The position numbers and the translations under genes are program-made. A model generated the notes under the pieces. The model did not search any database, was not told the origin of the DNA, and worked only from the letters and a program-made list of their open reading frames with translations. Below, piece after piece: positions 8,604-19,840 of a stretch of 25,607 nucleotides of DNA. The stretch lies in assembly GCA_038207085.1 (NCBI GenBank), contig JBBRAE010000034.1:1-25607 (forward strand), in the 5' to 3' direction. Origin of the DNA: Armatimonadota bacterium (GTDB lineage: Bacteria > Armatimonadota > UBA5829 > DTLH01). The stretch's first letter is position 1. Every line of letters starts with the position of its first letter.

Positions 8604-10331
8604 ATGGCAAGACCACAGGCTTTTGGTGATATTTGTACGCGGCTGGGCCTCATTAAGGATGACCAGCTTAAGCAGGCTCTCGAGAAGCAGAAGCAGCTCT
8701 CAACTGAGGAGTCTCTTGGCGACGTGCTCGTCAACATGGGCTATATATCCGAAAAGGACCGCATTCGGTGCCTGGGTGAGCAGTGGGGGGTCCCGTTCAT
8801 TGACCTGACGGACTTCGATCCCGAGCCTGATATACTGAAGCTTGTAAGCCAGGAAGTCGCGCGGCGTCAAAAGGTCGTCCCGATCAGCCGCACAGACGGC
8901 AAGTTGTCCCTTGCCATGAAGAACCCGCTCGATATCTTCGCGATCGACGAGATAAGGCTCGTCACGGGGATAGAAGTCGAGCCGATGATCGCGACCGAAG
9001 AAGACTTGGTCTCCACCATAAACCGGTGCTACCGCGCTGGAGCGGGCTCAAGAGAGGCCGTAAACGATGTCATCCGTGACCTTGAAGGTGAGCAGATCAG
9101 CTTTAGCCAGTCCGATGGCGACGATGACGAAGATATTTCAATTGAGCAGCTTCGGGAACTCTCCGAAGAGGCGCCGGTCATCAGGCTTGCCAACCTGATC
9201 ATCAGCCGGGCGGTAGCGGACGGCGCAAGTGATATCCACATAGAGCCTACCAAGGACTCGGTGCGGGTGCGCTACAGGATAGACGGCATCCTGCACGAAG
9301 GGCTTGCCGCGCCAAGGAAGATTCAGGCGTCGCTTACGTCGAGAATCAAGATTATGGCGGAGATGGATATCGCCGAGAAACGCGCACCTCAGGACGGACG
9401 AATCGGCGCTACGCTCGACGGTCGGCAGTTTGACTTCCGAGTCTCGACGCTGCCATCGGTCTATGGAGAGAAGATCGTTCTTCGAGTTCTCGATAAGAGT
9501 TCGATCTCGGTCGGCTTGAACAAGCTCGGGCTCCTGCCGGAAACCCTTGAGAAGTTCGAGAGCCTGATCCTACGAACATACGGAATTATTCTTGTAACGG
9601 GGCCTACGGGAAGCGGCAAATCGACGACGCTTTACTCGGTGCTTTCCAAGGTCAACTCCGGTGAGAAGAACATCTTGACGATCGAAGACCCGGTCGAGTA
9701 TGAGCTTGGCGGAATCACCCAGACCCAGGTGAACAACAAGGCCGGCATGACATTTGCCAGGGGCCTTAGAACGATGCTTCGCCAGGACCCGAACATTATC
9801 ATGGTCGGTGAGATTCGAGACCAGGAAACGGCGCTGATTGCGACTGAGGCGGCTCTAACCGGCCACCTCGTCCTTTCGACCCTTCACACCAACGACGCCC
9901 CAGGCGCCGTCACACGAATGGTCGATATGGAGGTCGAGCCGTTCTTGATCGCTTCGGCTGTAATAGGCGTGCTTGCCCAGCGGCTTGTGCGCGTGATCTG
10001 CCCGAAGTGCAAGGAGCAGTATAAGCCGCCGGTCGACGCGGTCAAGCGCCTTGGAATTTCAACCGACGATGGCTCGCCGGTCACGTTCTACCGTGGGAGA
10101 GGCTGCGACCACTGCAAGGGCAGCGGTTACAAGGGCCGAATCGGCGTCTATGAGCTTATGCTGATAAACGACAGCGTCCGCGATCTGATCCTGAAGAGGT
10201 CGTCCTCCTACGAGATCAGGGATGCCGCGATCAAGGCGGGTATGAAGACGCTCAAAGAAGACGCGATGGAGAAAATCTTGCTCGGAACGACATCCCTTGA
10301 GGAGTCGCTGCGGGTTATCTATTCGGGCTAG
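8604..10331 (+). CDS. pilB: Type IV pilus extension ATPase PilB (GspE/PulE family) with MshEN-like N-terminus
   Basis: ASDIHIEP, Walker A GPTGSGKS, TIEDPVE, LRQDPNIIMVGEIRD, TGHLVLSTLHTND and zinc motif CPKC...CDHC. Start set at ATG 8604. Confidence 0.93.
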   Translation: MARPQAFGDICTRLGLIKDDQLKQALEKQKQLSTEESLGDVLVNMGYISEKDRIRCLGEQWGVPFIDLTDFDPEPDILKLVSQEVARRQKVVPISRTDGKLSLAMKNPLDIFAIDEIRLVTGIEVEPMIATEEDLVSTINRCYRAGAGSREAVNDVIRDLEGEQISFSQSDGDDDEDISIEQLRELSEEAPVIRLANLIISRAVADGASDIHIEPTKDSVRVRYRIDGILHEGLAAPRKIQASLTSRIKIMAEMDIAEKRAPQDGRIGATLDGRQFDFRVSTLPSVYGEKIVLRVLDKSSISVGLNKLGLLPETLEKFESLILRTYGIILVTGPTGSGKSTTLYSVLSKVNSGEKNILTIEDPVEYELGGITQTQVNNKAGMTFARGLRTMLRQDPNIIMVGEIRDQETALIATEAALTGHLVLSTLHTNDAPGAVTRMVDMEVEPFLIASAVIGVLAQRLVRVICPKCKEQYKPPVDAVKRLGISTDDGSPVTFYRGRGCDHCKGSGYKGRIGVYELMLINDSVRDLILKRSSSYEIRDAAIKAGMKTLKEDAMEKILLGTTSLEESLRVIYSG

Positions 10332-10372
10332 CTCGCATCATTCACTTCACGAATAGTCGGGCTGGTAATGAC

Positions 10373-11521
10373 ATGTTGGGGGAAATGGATACACGCATGG
10401 ACGCATTTGCTCTGGACAATATTGACGGGTACGCAACCGAGGCAGTGACCAGGTCAGTCGACCACGTTCACATTGACGATCTCCTGCGGGAGACCGTGGA
10501 ACGCGGCGCGTCGGACCTGCATATCTCTGTAGGGCTTCCCCCGACTATCCGAATCGACGGCAAGCTCGTGCATCTTGATTATCAGCCGCTCACTCCAAGT
10601 GAGACTCAGAGAGTAATGTACGATATTCTGTCTTCAGACCAGATCCAGTGGTTTGAGAAGACCCGGGAGCTCGACTTCTCTTACGGCGTAAGTGATGTCG
10701 GGCGCTTCAGGGTGAACGTGTATCGCCAGAGGAGCAGCGTCGGAGCTGCACTTCGGTCGATCCCGGCCCAGATTCCGTCAATGGAGCAGCTTCACCTGCC
10801 AAATATCCTTAGGGATCTTTGCAGAAAGCACAGTGGACTCATTCTCGTGACCGGCGCAACCGGAAGCGGCAAGTCGACCACCATTGCCTGTATGGTCGAC
10901 CATATCAACTCAGAGCGCGAGGTCCACATCATGACGATTGAGGACCCGATCGAGTATCTGCACCGGCACAAACGCGCGATGGTGAACCAGAGGGAGCTAA
11001 ACAGCGACACCGACTCCTTCGAAAACGCGCTTCGTGCGGTTCTCCGAGAAGACCCGGACGTGATTTTGGTCGGAGAAATGCGCGACCTTGAGACAATTTC
11101 CGCGGCGCTAACGCTTGCTGAGACCGGACACCTCGTGTTTGGCACTCTGCACACCAGAAACGCGCCGCAGGCGGTGGACAGGATGGTAGACGTCTTCCCA
11201 CCCCACCAGCAAGACCAGGTCAGGGTGATTCTTTCCAACACCCTGGAGGCTATAGTAGCCCAGCAGCTTCTGCCACGAATGGGTGGCGGCCGAGTAGCCG
11301 CCATCGAAGTCATGACCGCAACTTCCGCGGTTAGGAACCTCATAAGAGAAGGCAAGACCTTCCAACTGACATCGGTGATCGAAACGGGAGGCCAGTTGGG
11401 GATGCAGTCCATGGACAAAGTCCTTGCGGAACTGGTCCGAAACGGCAACGTGAACAAGGAAGAAGCTTTGACCCGGGCCATCGATCCCGAGAACTACCAG
11501 AGGTTCCTCCAGGGAGGCTAG
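10373..11521 (+). CDS. pilT: Type IV pilus retraction ATPase PilT
   Basis: ASDLHI, GATGSGKS, TIEDPIE, LREDPDVILVGEMRD, AETGHLVFGTLHT and AVRNLIRE (AIRNLIRE motif). The start could instead be 10385 or 10397. Confidence 0.95.
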   Translation: MLGEMDTRMDAFALDNIDGYATEAVTRSVDHVHIDDLLRETVERGASDLHISVGLPPTIRIDGKLVHLDYQPLTPSETQRVMYDILSSDQIQWFEKTRELDFSYGVSDVGRFRVNVYRQRSSVGAALRSIPAQIPSMEQLHLPNILRDLCRKHSGLILVTGATGSGKSTTIACMVDHINSEREVHIMTIEDPIEYLHRHKRAMVNQRELNSDTDSFENALRAVLREDPDVILVGEMRDLETISAALTLAETGHLVFGTLHTRNAPQAVDRMVDVFPPHQQDQVRVILSNTLEAIVAQQLLPRMGGGRVAAIEVMTATSAVRNLIREGKTFQLTSVIETGGQLGMQSMDKVLAELVRNGNVNKEEALTRAIDPENYQRFLQGG

Positions 11522-11523
11522 TA

Positions 11524-12729
11524 ATGTCGGTATTTATGTACACCGTGGTTGACACCGCGGGACGGACCGTGAAGGGTCGTATGGAGGCTGATAGCGAGCA
11601 GCTCGTTATGAACAAGCTGCATGAGCAGAACCTCCATATCCTGGGCGTCAACAGAGGCAAGGAAGCCAAGAAAGCTCCTACCTTTGGCAAGAAAAAAGTG
11701 AAGCTGAAGTCGATGGTGATCTTCAGCAGGCAGTTCTCGACGATGATCGACGCGGGAGTCTCCGTCGTGCGCTGCCTTGACATTCTGGAGTCGCAGTCAA
11801 AAGACGAGGTGTTGAAAGCCGCTGTCGGGCAGTGCAAGCGTGACGTAAAGTCGGGCCTGTCGCTTACCGATGCGTTCGGTAAGCACCCCAATGTCTTTTC
11901 CAGGCTCTATGTGAACATGGTCCGTGCGGCTGAGACCGGCGGTATTCTCGACCAGATTCTCGATAGGCTGGCGGGATTTCTTGAAACAGAGGACGAGATC
12001 AAAACCAAGATCAAGTCCGCTATGACTTATCCGATTCTAGTGCTATCGTTTTCTGGGATTATGGTGATGTCGCTCTTTATGTTCGTTCTGCCGAAGTTCA
12101 AAGAGATCTTTGTCAGCATGAACGTGAAACTGCCTCTTGCAACCAGGCTGCTCTTTGATGCCAGCGCGATATTGAGGAATAACTGGTGGCTCTTGGCGAT
12201 TCTCGCGATTGGTGGGCCTATCGCTTACAGGATGTACGCCAAGACCGACAAGGGGCGATATCAGATCGACCTGATCAAATTGAAGGTCCCGGTGGTCGGG
12301 GAGCTCGTTCAAAAAATAGCGGTCTCCCGGTTCTCCCGGACTTTCGCGACCTTGATTGCAAGCGGTGTGCCAATGATGCGCTCGCTTGAGATCGTCGGTG
12401 AGACGTCTGGAAACGTAGTTATCGCAAAAGCCGTAAGCAGCGCGAGGACTTCGATCCGCGAGGGTCAGAAGATCAGTGCTCCGCTTGCAGCAAGCGGGCT
12501 TTTCCCGCACATGGTTACGCATATGATCGACGTTGGTGAGGAGACCGGAAGGCTTTCCGAGATGCTCATCAAGGTCTCTGACTTCTATGACCGTGAGGTC
12601 GACTCCGCCGTAAAGGCTCTGACATCGCTTATCGAGCCTTGCCTTATCGTAGTCCTTGGCGGAATCGTCGGTTTTATCGCGGTCTCGATTATGGCGCCGA
12701 TCTTCAAGCTCGTGAGCGCCATCGGCTAA
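11524..12729 (+). CDS. pilC: Type IV pilus inner-membrane platform protein PilC (GspF family)
   Basis: FSRQFSTMIDAG, AAETGG, KIKSAMTYP, GEETGRL and LIEP motifs. Confidence 0.93.
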   Translation: MSVFMYTVVDTAGRTVKGRMEADSEQLVMNKLHEQNLHILGVNRGKEAKKAPTFGKKKVKLKSMVIFSRQFSTMIDAGVSVVRCLDILESQSKDEVLKAAVGQCKRDVKSGLSLTDAFGKHPNVFSRLYVNMVRAAETGGILDQILDRLAGFLETEDEIKTKIKSAMTYPILVLSFSGIMVMSLFMFVLPKFKEIFVSMNVKLPLATRLLFDASAILRNNWWLLAILAIGGPIAYRMYAKTDKGRYQIDLIKLKVPVVGELVQKIAVSRFSRTFATLIASGVPMMRSLEIVGETSGNVVIAKAVSSARTSIREGQKISAPLAASGLFPHMVTHMIDVGEETGRLSEMLIKVSDFYDREVDSAVKALTSLIEPCLIVVLGGIVGFIAVSIMAPIFKLVSAIG

Positions 12730-12734
12730 GAAGC

Positions 12735-12804
12735 GCAGAGTTCAGAGTGCAGAGTCGGGATAGATTTGTCCATACTCTGAACTCTTCACTCTGAACTCTG
12801 AACT
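12735..12804. repeat. Inverted heptamer tandem repeats (NCAGAGT x3 / ACTCTGA-like x4)
   Basis: gcagagt tcagagt gcagagt ... actctga actcttc actctga actctga. The two blocks are complementary. Confidence 0.8.
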
Positions 12805-12847
12805 TGTGAATAAGGAGTGCGCCCGACCCGAGGCGCGAAATGATGGT

Positions 12848-14191
12848 ATGATGCAGCCCGATCGCAGACGAAAGATAAATGAAGAGGGAGTTCAGGTCTT
12901 GCTGGCCGAGTACACCAGAACAAAGGATGTGCGGGTTCGCGACAAGATAGTACTCCAGTACAACAACCTCGTGGAGAGCATTGCGCGCAGGTTCTCGGGG
13001 GCTTTGGAGCCCGTGGAGGATCTGGCACAGGAGGGTTACATCGGCCTGATTACGGCCGTTGACCTATATGACGCCTCCAAGGGCGTGAAGTTTTCCACCT
13101 ACGCGACGCACTTTGTCATCGGACAGATCAAGCACTACCTCCGGGACAAGGGCAAGATCATCAAGGAACCGGCCTGGCTTCAGGAGATCAACCAGAAGAT
13201 GAGCCGGGTGATCGACTCGCTCGCCCAGAAGGACGGCAGGCCGCCCACCGAGGCTGAGATTGCCACGGTGATGGGTCTTCCAGAGGAGCAGGTCGCCGAA
13301 ATGCTGACGACGCGCGAGGTGTTCAAAGTATCATCCCTTGACAGCACTCTGGAGCGCGACGACGGCACCGGCACCGGAGGCACGGTAGACCCTGAGAAGA
13401 TCAAGGACAATAGGACAACAAGCTTCCAGCTTCCGCTCGAGGACAAGATCGTTCTTGAGACGGCTATGGAGCGGCTAAAAGACATCGAGCAGCAGGTGAT
13501 CCAGCACTTTTTCTTTGCTGACTTGAATCAGACAGAGATCGCGAAGAAGCTTGGCATCTCGTGCAATTATGTGTCACATATCTTGAGGAACAGCACGAAG
13601 AAGCTTAAGAAGATCCTGATGACCGATGAGATCCGTGACACCCAGATCCAGGCCACTCAGTTTTCTCGGCGTGTGACAGACCAGAACCGCGTCGCCGGGC
13701 ACCTGACCGTGGTAGACGGCCTGACCGGCATCTACAACCGACGCTATTATCTTGATCGTCTGAGCGAGGAAATCACACGCGCCAGCCGCTACGGGCATCC
13801 CGTAAGCGTGCTCCTTGCGAGGATAACGCTCCCCGAGAGCGTAGGCAAGCTCGCGAGGCTCATTCGCACCGACGACGTGATCCAGCAGGCCTCCGAACGC
13901 ATCCGCGGCTCGGTAAGAAAGGCCGATGTGATCGCAAGGATCGAAGACAACGTCTTCGCCCTGATCCTGCCCCACACCGGGCTTCAGGCCGAGCATGTGG
14001 CTTCAAGGGTTGAAAATATCCTCGGAGCAGAGGCGTTTGTGTCGCCGCACACGGGTGAATCGGTAAGGGCCGAGGTCCAGGTTGCCTGGGCAAGCTACCC
14101 AGAGCATGCCGGAACTGCCCGGAATCTGCTCTCAGCTGCGACCGACTCGCTTGAGATGGAAGACCTCTACGCACTGCCGCTTGCAGCTTAG
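12848..14191 (+). CDS. SigB/SigF/SigG-family RNA polymerase sigma factor fused to a degenerate C-terminal GGDEF domain
   Basis: Region 2 EDLAQEGYIGL...FSTYATHFVIGQIKHYLRD, region 3 RPPTEAEIA, region 4 NQTEIAKKLGISCNYVSHI. Then DGLTGIYNRR...RKAD-VIARI-EDNVF. Start ATG 12848 chosen by resemblance to SigB N-termini; the ORF track opens at GTG 12806. Confidence 0.9.
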   Translation: MMQPDRRRKINEEGVQVLLAEYTRTKDVRVRDKIVLQYNNLVESIARRFSGALEPVEDLAQEGYIGLITAVDLYDASKGVKFSTYATHFVIGQIKHYLRDKGKIIKEPAWLQEINQKMSRVIDSLAQKDGRPPTEAEIATVMGLPEEQVAEMLTTREVFKVSSLDSTLERDDGTGTGGTVDPEKIKDNRTTSFQLPLEDKIVLETAMERLKDIEQQVIQHFFFADLNQTEIAKKLGISCNYVSHILRNSTKKLKKILMTDEIRDTQIQATQFSRRVTDQNRVAGHLTVVDGLTGIYNRRYYLDRLSEEITRASRYGHPVSVLLARITLPESVGKLARLIRTDDVIQQASERIRGSVRKADVIARIEDNVFALILPHTGLQAEHVASRVENILGAEAFVSPHTGESVRAEVQVAWASYPEHAGTARNLLSAATDSLEMEDLYALPLAA

Positions 14192-14203
14192 TAAGTGCTA
14201 AAT

Positions 14204-14257
14204 ATGTTGGGTGGCGATTCGGAAATCGCCACCCAACATGAATCGCCACCCAACATG
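14204..14257. terminator. Perfect 16-bp hairpin with a duplicated right arm between convergent genes
   Basis: ATGTTGGGTGGCGATT-CGGA-AATCGCCACCCAACAT. The 17-mer AATCGCCACCCAACATG occurs at 14224-14240 and again at 14241-14257. Confidence 0.65.
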
Positions 14258-14277
14258 AACATGCGAAAACGCACCGA

Positions 14278-16209
14278 CTACCCGACGATCACCCTCATCA
14301 CCGCGGTGTCGTCGCGCATCGAGGTGACGCGGAGGTCGTCGATGTGGCTTACTAGATCTTCGGTGGACATCTGGCCCTGGGACATTTTAGCGCTGTAGAT
14401 GTTGATCAGCCCGATCAGGTCCAGGAAGCCATCTTTGCACTTTACTTCTACCAGCCCATCGGTTGCGAGGAGTATCTCGTCGCCTGTTTGGAGGGTGATC
14501 GTGTTTTCGGTGTAGGTGGCGAAGTCGATCGCGCCGACGATCGGGCCGGTTGGCTCAAGCTGGGTGATGGTGCGGTCCGCGTCGTGCCACACGAGGACCG
14601 GCTCGTGGCCGCCGTTTGCGTAGGTGAGCGTGCGATCTGTGCAGTCGAGGATGCCGAGGAACACCGTTACGAAGCTGTCCTCTTCGCTGTCCATCGCAAA
14701 CGCCTTGTTCAGTAGGGTGAGCATCGCGGCGGGGCTTTCGCTGTCGCACGCGGTGCCTCGAAGCGAGTATTTCGCCATAGCCATCTGGACCGCAGCGCGA
14801 AGCCCTTTGCCGGAAACATCCCCAATCACGATCCCGATCTTGCCGTCGCCGACAGGGAACACGTCATAGAAATCCCCCCCGATCCTGATCTCTTCAAAGG
14901 CCGCGCGGTAGATGGTCTCAAACCTGAAGCTGCCGATTCTCTCCGGGACGACGCCCAGGAGCCCGGTCTGGAGCGCCTCCGCGATCTTGTGCTCGCGCTC
15001 GTAGCTCGTTTGGAGTACCCCGCGGGCTTTCACCTGCTCAGTCACTTCAACAGCGACGATCCCTACGCCGATCATCTCCCCGTCGGACCGGCGCACGGGG
15101 ATGAACTCCGCGTCGAAGAACCGCTCCTCAGGGCGGCAGAACACGAACTCGTTCCAGGTGATGATCTCGCCTGTCGCAAGCACCTGATCGACCGCCTTTT
15201 CGGTGAGCTTTCCTCCGTCTCTGTGCCACACCTCGCTTGGGCGCTTGCCGACCGCCCCTTCGGTCGACACGCCGATCATCTCGGCTATCGCGCCGTTTGC
15301 GATGGAGAGCCTGCCTTCCATGTCAAGAAACGCAAGGCCTATCGGCACATCCCTGACAAACATGTCGAGCAGCGCGTTCTGCTCATCGATTCGGGTCTGC
15401 ATCTTGTGATGTGTGGTCACGTCCCTAATGACGACGACCGCACCTGTTATTGCGCCTGCGGGATTTCTGATCGGTGCGGCGGTAGCTCCTACGACGGTGT
15501 TTGGTCCGCTTTGTCCGTTCAAGATGTAAAGTTCTTCGGCGATTGATTGCCCGAGCATCGCCCGATTGACGGGGTGTTCCTGCATGCGAAGCGGCGTTCC
15601 GTTCATGCGTCGGACGTTTGCCATCTTGACCCAGGCGTCGAGTGGCTGTCCGACCTGACGGTTGAGCGGAACCATACGCTCGACGGTGGCGTTTGCGTAG
15701 GTGACGTAGAGGTCGGTGTCGACGACGATCACGCCGCCTGCCATACTTGAGAGGATGACCTCAAGCTCGGTGCGGCGTTGGTCCGCCGACTGTTTTGCCA
15801 CGGTGAGCTGGTCTGCAAAGGAGCGGACACGCCTGTTGGACCTGCGAATGAGCGAGGTAGCGAACCCGACTACGGCGGTTCCGAGCAGGAACGCGACAAG
15901 CCTCGCCCAGCTCTCCGTTCGCTCTGCGACGGGCCACAGTCCGTCCGGGAGCACGAAGAAGTAGGTGAAAGCGAGCATGCCGGTGACGAAGGCGACCACA
16001 GCCGGCCCTTCGCCAAAGAGGTAGGCGACGGCCATGATCAACAGGACATACGAGATAGGAAAACCGCCGAGTGGGAAATATGGCTGCAGTGCCAAGAGCC
16101 CTGCTGTAACCAACGCTTCAAGTGCAAGCGTCACCACATACCCCAACCATCGCGGCGCTATCACGTGTCCCTTCTCATCTGATGTTGCCCCGTACGAGGT
16201 TCCCGACAT
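14278..16209 (-). CDS. SpoIIE/RsbU-family PP2C phosphatase with N-terminal membrane sensor (DUF4118-like) and two PAS-like domains
   Basis: About four TM helices, then two PAS-like segments ending in IRDVT and VEVTE, then PP2C motifs IGGDFYD, GDVSGKG, ANGGHEP, LATDGL and RDDTA. Confidence 0.88.
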   Translation of the reverse strand: MSGTSYGATSDEKGHVIAPRWLGYVVTLALEALVTAGLLALQPYFPLGGFPISYVLLIMAVAYLFGEGPAVVAFVTGMLAFTYFFVLPDGLWPVAERTESWARLVAFLLGTAVVGFATSLIRRSNRRVRSFADQLTVAKQSADQRRTELEVILSSMAGGVIVVDTDLYVTYANATVERMVPLNRQVGQPLDAWVKMANVRRMNGTPLRMQEHPVNRAMLGQSIAEELYILNGQSGPNTVVGATAAPIRNPAGAITGAVVVIRDVTTHHKMQTRIDEQNALLDMFVRDVPIGLAFLDMEGRLSIANGAIAEMIGVSTEGAVGKRPSEVWHRDGGKLTEKAVDQVLATGEIITWNEFVFCRPEERFFDAEFIPVRRSDGEMIGVGIVAVEVTEQVKARGVLQTSYEREHKIAEALQTGLLGVVPERIGSFRFETIYRAAFEEIRIGGDFYDVFPVGDGKIGIVIGDVSGKGLRAAVQMAMAKYSLRGTACDSESPAAMLTLLNKAFAMDSEEDSFVTVFLGILDCTDRTLTYANGGHEPVLVWHDADRTITQLEPTGPIVGAIDFATYTENTITLQTGDEILLATDGLVEVKCKDGFLDLIGLINIYSAKMSQGQMSTEDLVSHIDDLRVTSMRDDTAVMRVIVG

Positions 16210-16284
16210 ACTGCATGGTCGTCCTTTGCAGGCTGGCTGTTAAGAAGGTGCGTTTTTCGATCAAGCGCGTAATCTTACTTTCTT

Positions 16285-16313
16285 ATATTACCCCGTGTTT
16301 TCTACAACGTCAA
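16285..16313 (-). promoter_or_regulatory. Sigma70-type promoter of the phosphatase gene
   Basis: Minus strand TTGACG (16313-16308), 17 bp spacer, TAATAT (16290-16285). Confidence 0.6.
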
Positions 16314-16401
16314 CCGGTCGATCTCAGCTTCTCATCTGTTTTTTGGGGGGAGGTGCGCACGTGAAGCTAAAGCATCACGCTGAGAAGATAGGAAGCAGGC
16401 A

Positions 16402-16438
16402 AAAGCAAGCTCCCGAATTACACTCTCAAGCTTGCTTT
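16402..16438 (-). terminator. Hairpin downstream of copA
   Basis: AAAGCAAGCT (16402-16411) and AGCTTGCTTT (16429-16438) form a 10-bp inverted repeat just after the copA stop. Confidence 0.4.
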
Positions 16439-16451
16439 AGCTCGCTTAGGG

Positions 16452-18887
<2,436 letters not shown>

Positions 18888-18901
18888 ATCAGGACTCCAG
18901 A

Positions 18902-19645
18902 CTACTTCTTGTCATCTTTGGGCTTGACCTTCACCCCGCCCGAGGAGTTCCCCATTTTGTCGAGGACAATCGAAACCGCGCCTACGAACCTTGTGAAGTC
19001 GAGTGTTCGGCGGTTGATGTCTTGCCTGACGCGTTCGTTGGAGGCGGGGCCGCGGAACATGTCGTCCACAAGCGCGCTTGATACTTCTATCTGCACCCCG
19101 CCGACGGTGCCTTTATTTATGATGTTCAGCCTGTTCCATGCCGAGGATTTGTCCGGGGTAGGCTTTGCCTGATAGCCCCTGTCAGAAAGCGACTTCACGA
19201 GCGCATCGCCGAGCTGGCGATAGTTGCCGCCGACATAGACGACACGGTCGGTTCCGGGAATTACATGAATTGCTATCGTCGCCCCATAATTCTTTGTAAC
19301 CCGCTGCAGTTCAGGCTCGTCATATCTTGCAGAGGACACGCAAAGAGACGATGAGTCCCGCTTCAGTCCGTTGAACGCGTAAGACCCATATCTGTTGTTT
19401 GCGATGGCTTCGGCGAGCTCTGACGACCCGGGCTCGATGTTCCCGCCGTGAGGCGCTGCGATGAGAAACGACCTGACACCTGGTTTGTAGACCACATTAA
19501 AGTCTACTCCGGGTTTCGCGGTCTTTATAAGTTCGGTGTAGGAGACATTACCAGTTTGGTCGGTTTCCTGCTGAACATCCGCAACGCAGACACCGGAGAA
19601 CATCAAAGCGGCAAGCGCCGCAGCAAAAGCAATGGTTTTCGTCAT
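18902..19645 (-). CDS. Secreted poly-gamma-glutamate hydrolase family (DUF867/PghP-like) protein
   Basis: [26 protein letters not shown] and GVQIE motifs. Signal peptide [22 protein letters not shown] from ATG 19645 with GGAGG RBS. Confidence 0.78.
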   Translation of the reverse strand: MTKTIAFAAALAALMFSGVCVADVQQETDQTGNVSYTELIKTAKPGVDFNVVYKPGVRSFLIAAPHGGNIEPGSSELAEAIANNRYGSYAFNGLKRDSSSLCVSSARYDEPELQRVTKNYGATIAIHVIPGTDRVVYVGGNYRQLGDALVKSLSDRGYQAKPTPDKSSAWNRLNIINKGTVGGVQIEVSSALVDDMFRGPASNERVRQDINRRTLDFTRFVGAVSIVLDKMGNSSGGVKVKPKDDKK

Positions 19646-19695
19646 AGGGATCGCCTCCAAGTTCAATTCGTCCCGTCAAGTGATTCGTCACATAT

Positions 19696-19722
19696 ATTAT
19701 ACCAGACGACTTTCTTCGGCAA
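19696..19722 (-). promoter_or_regulatory. Extended -10 promoter for the hydrolase-copA unit
   Basis: Minus strand TG-G-TATAAT (-10 at 19701-19696), with TTGCCG 15 bp upstream. Confidence 0.55.
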
Positions 19723-19840
19723 TCGTTCTGCACAATTATGGAAAACTCGCATAATAGTTAGGGAACGACTGTAGAGCTGGGTCGTCTAGTTAAGAGTAGA
19801 TGGAATCAACCGGGCGACCGTGCGTTAGGAGGCACAAGAA

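Noticed and set aside
3375..12729. Type II secretion system rather than type IV pilus
   Set aside because: PilT and PilM/N/O indicate a retractile type IVa pilus. Pilins and prepilin peptidase are not in this window.
13715..14191. Active diguanylate cyclase
   Set aside because: The GG(D/E)EF motif and the upstream metal-binding aspartate are missing; only the fold and RxxD remain.
18902..19645. Prophage remnant suggested by the phage-associated hydrolase family
   Set aside because: No integrase, structural genes or att-like repeats nearby.
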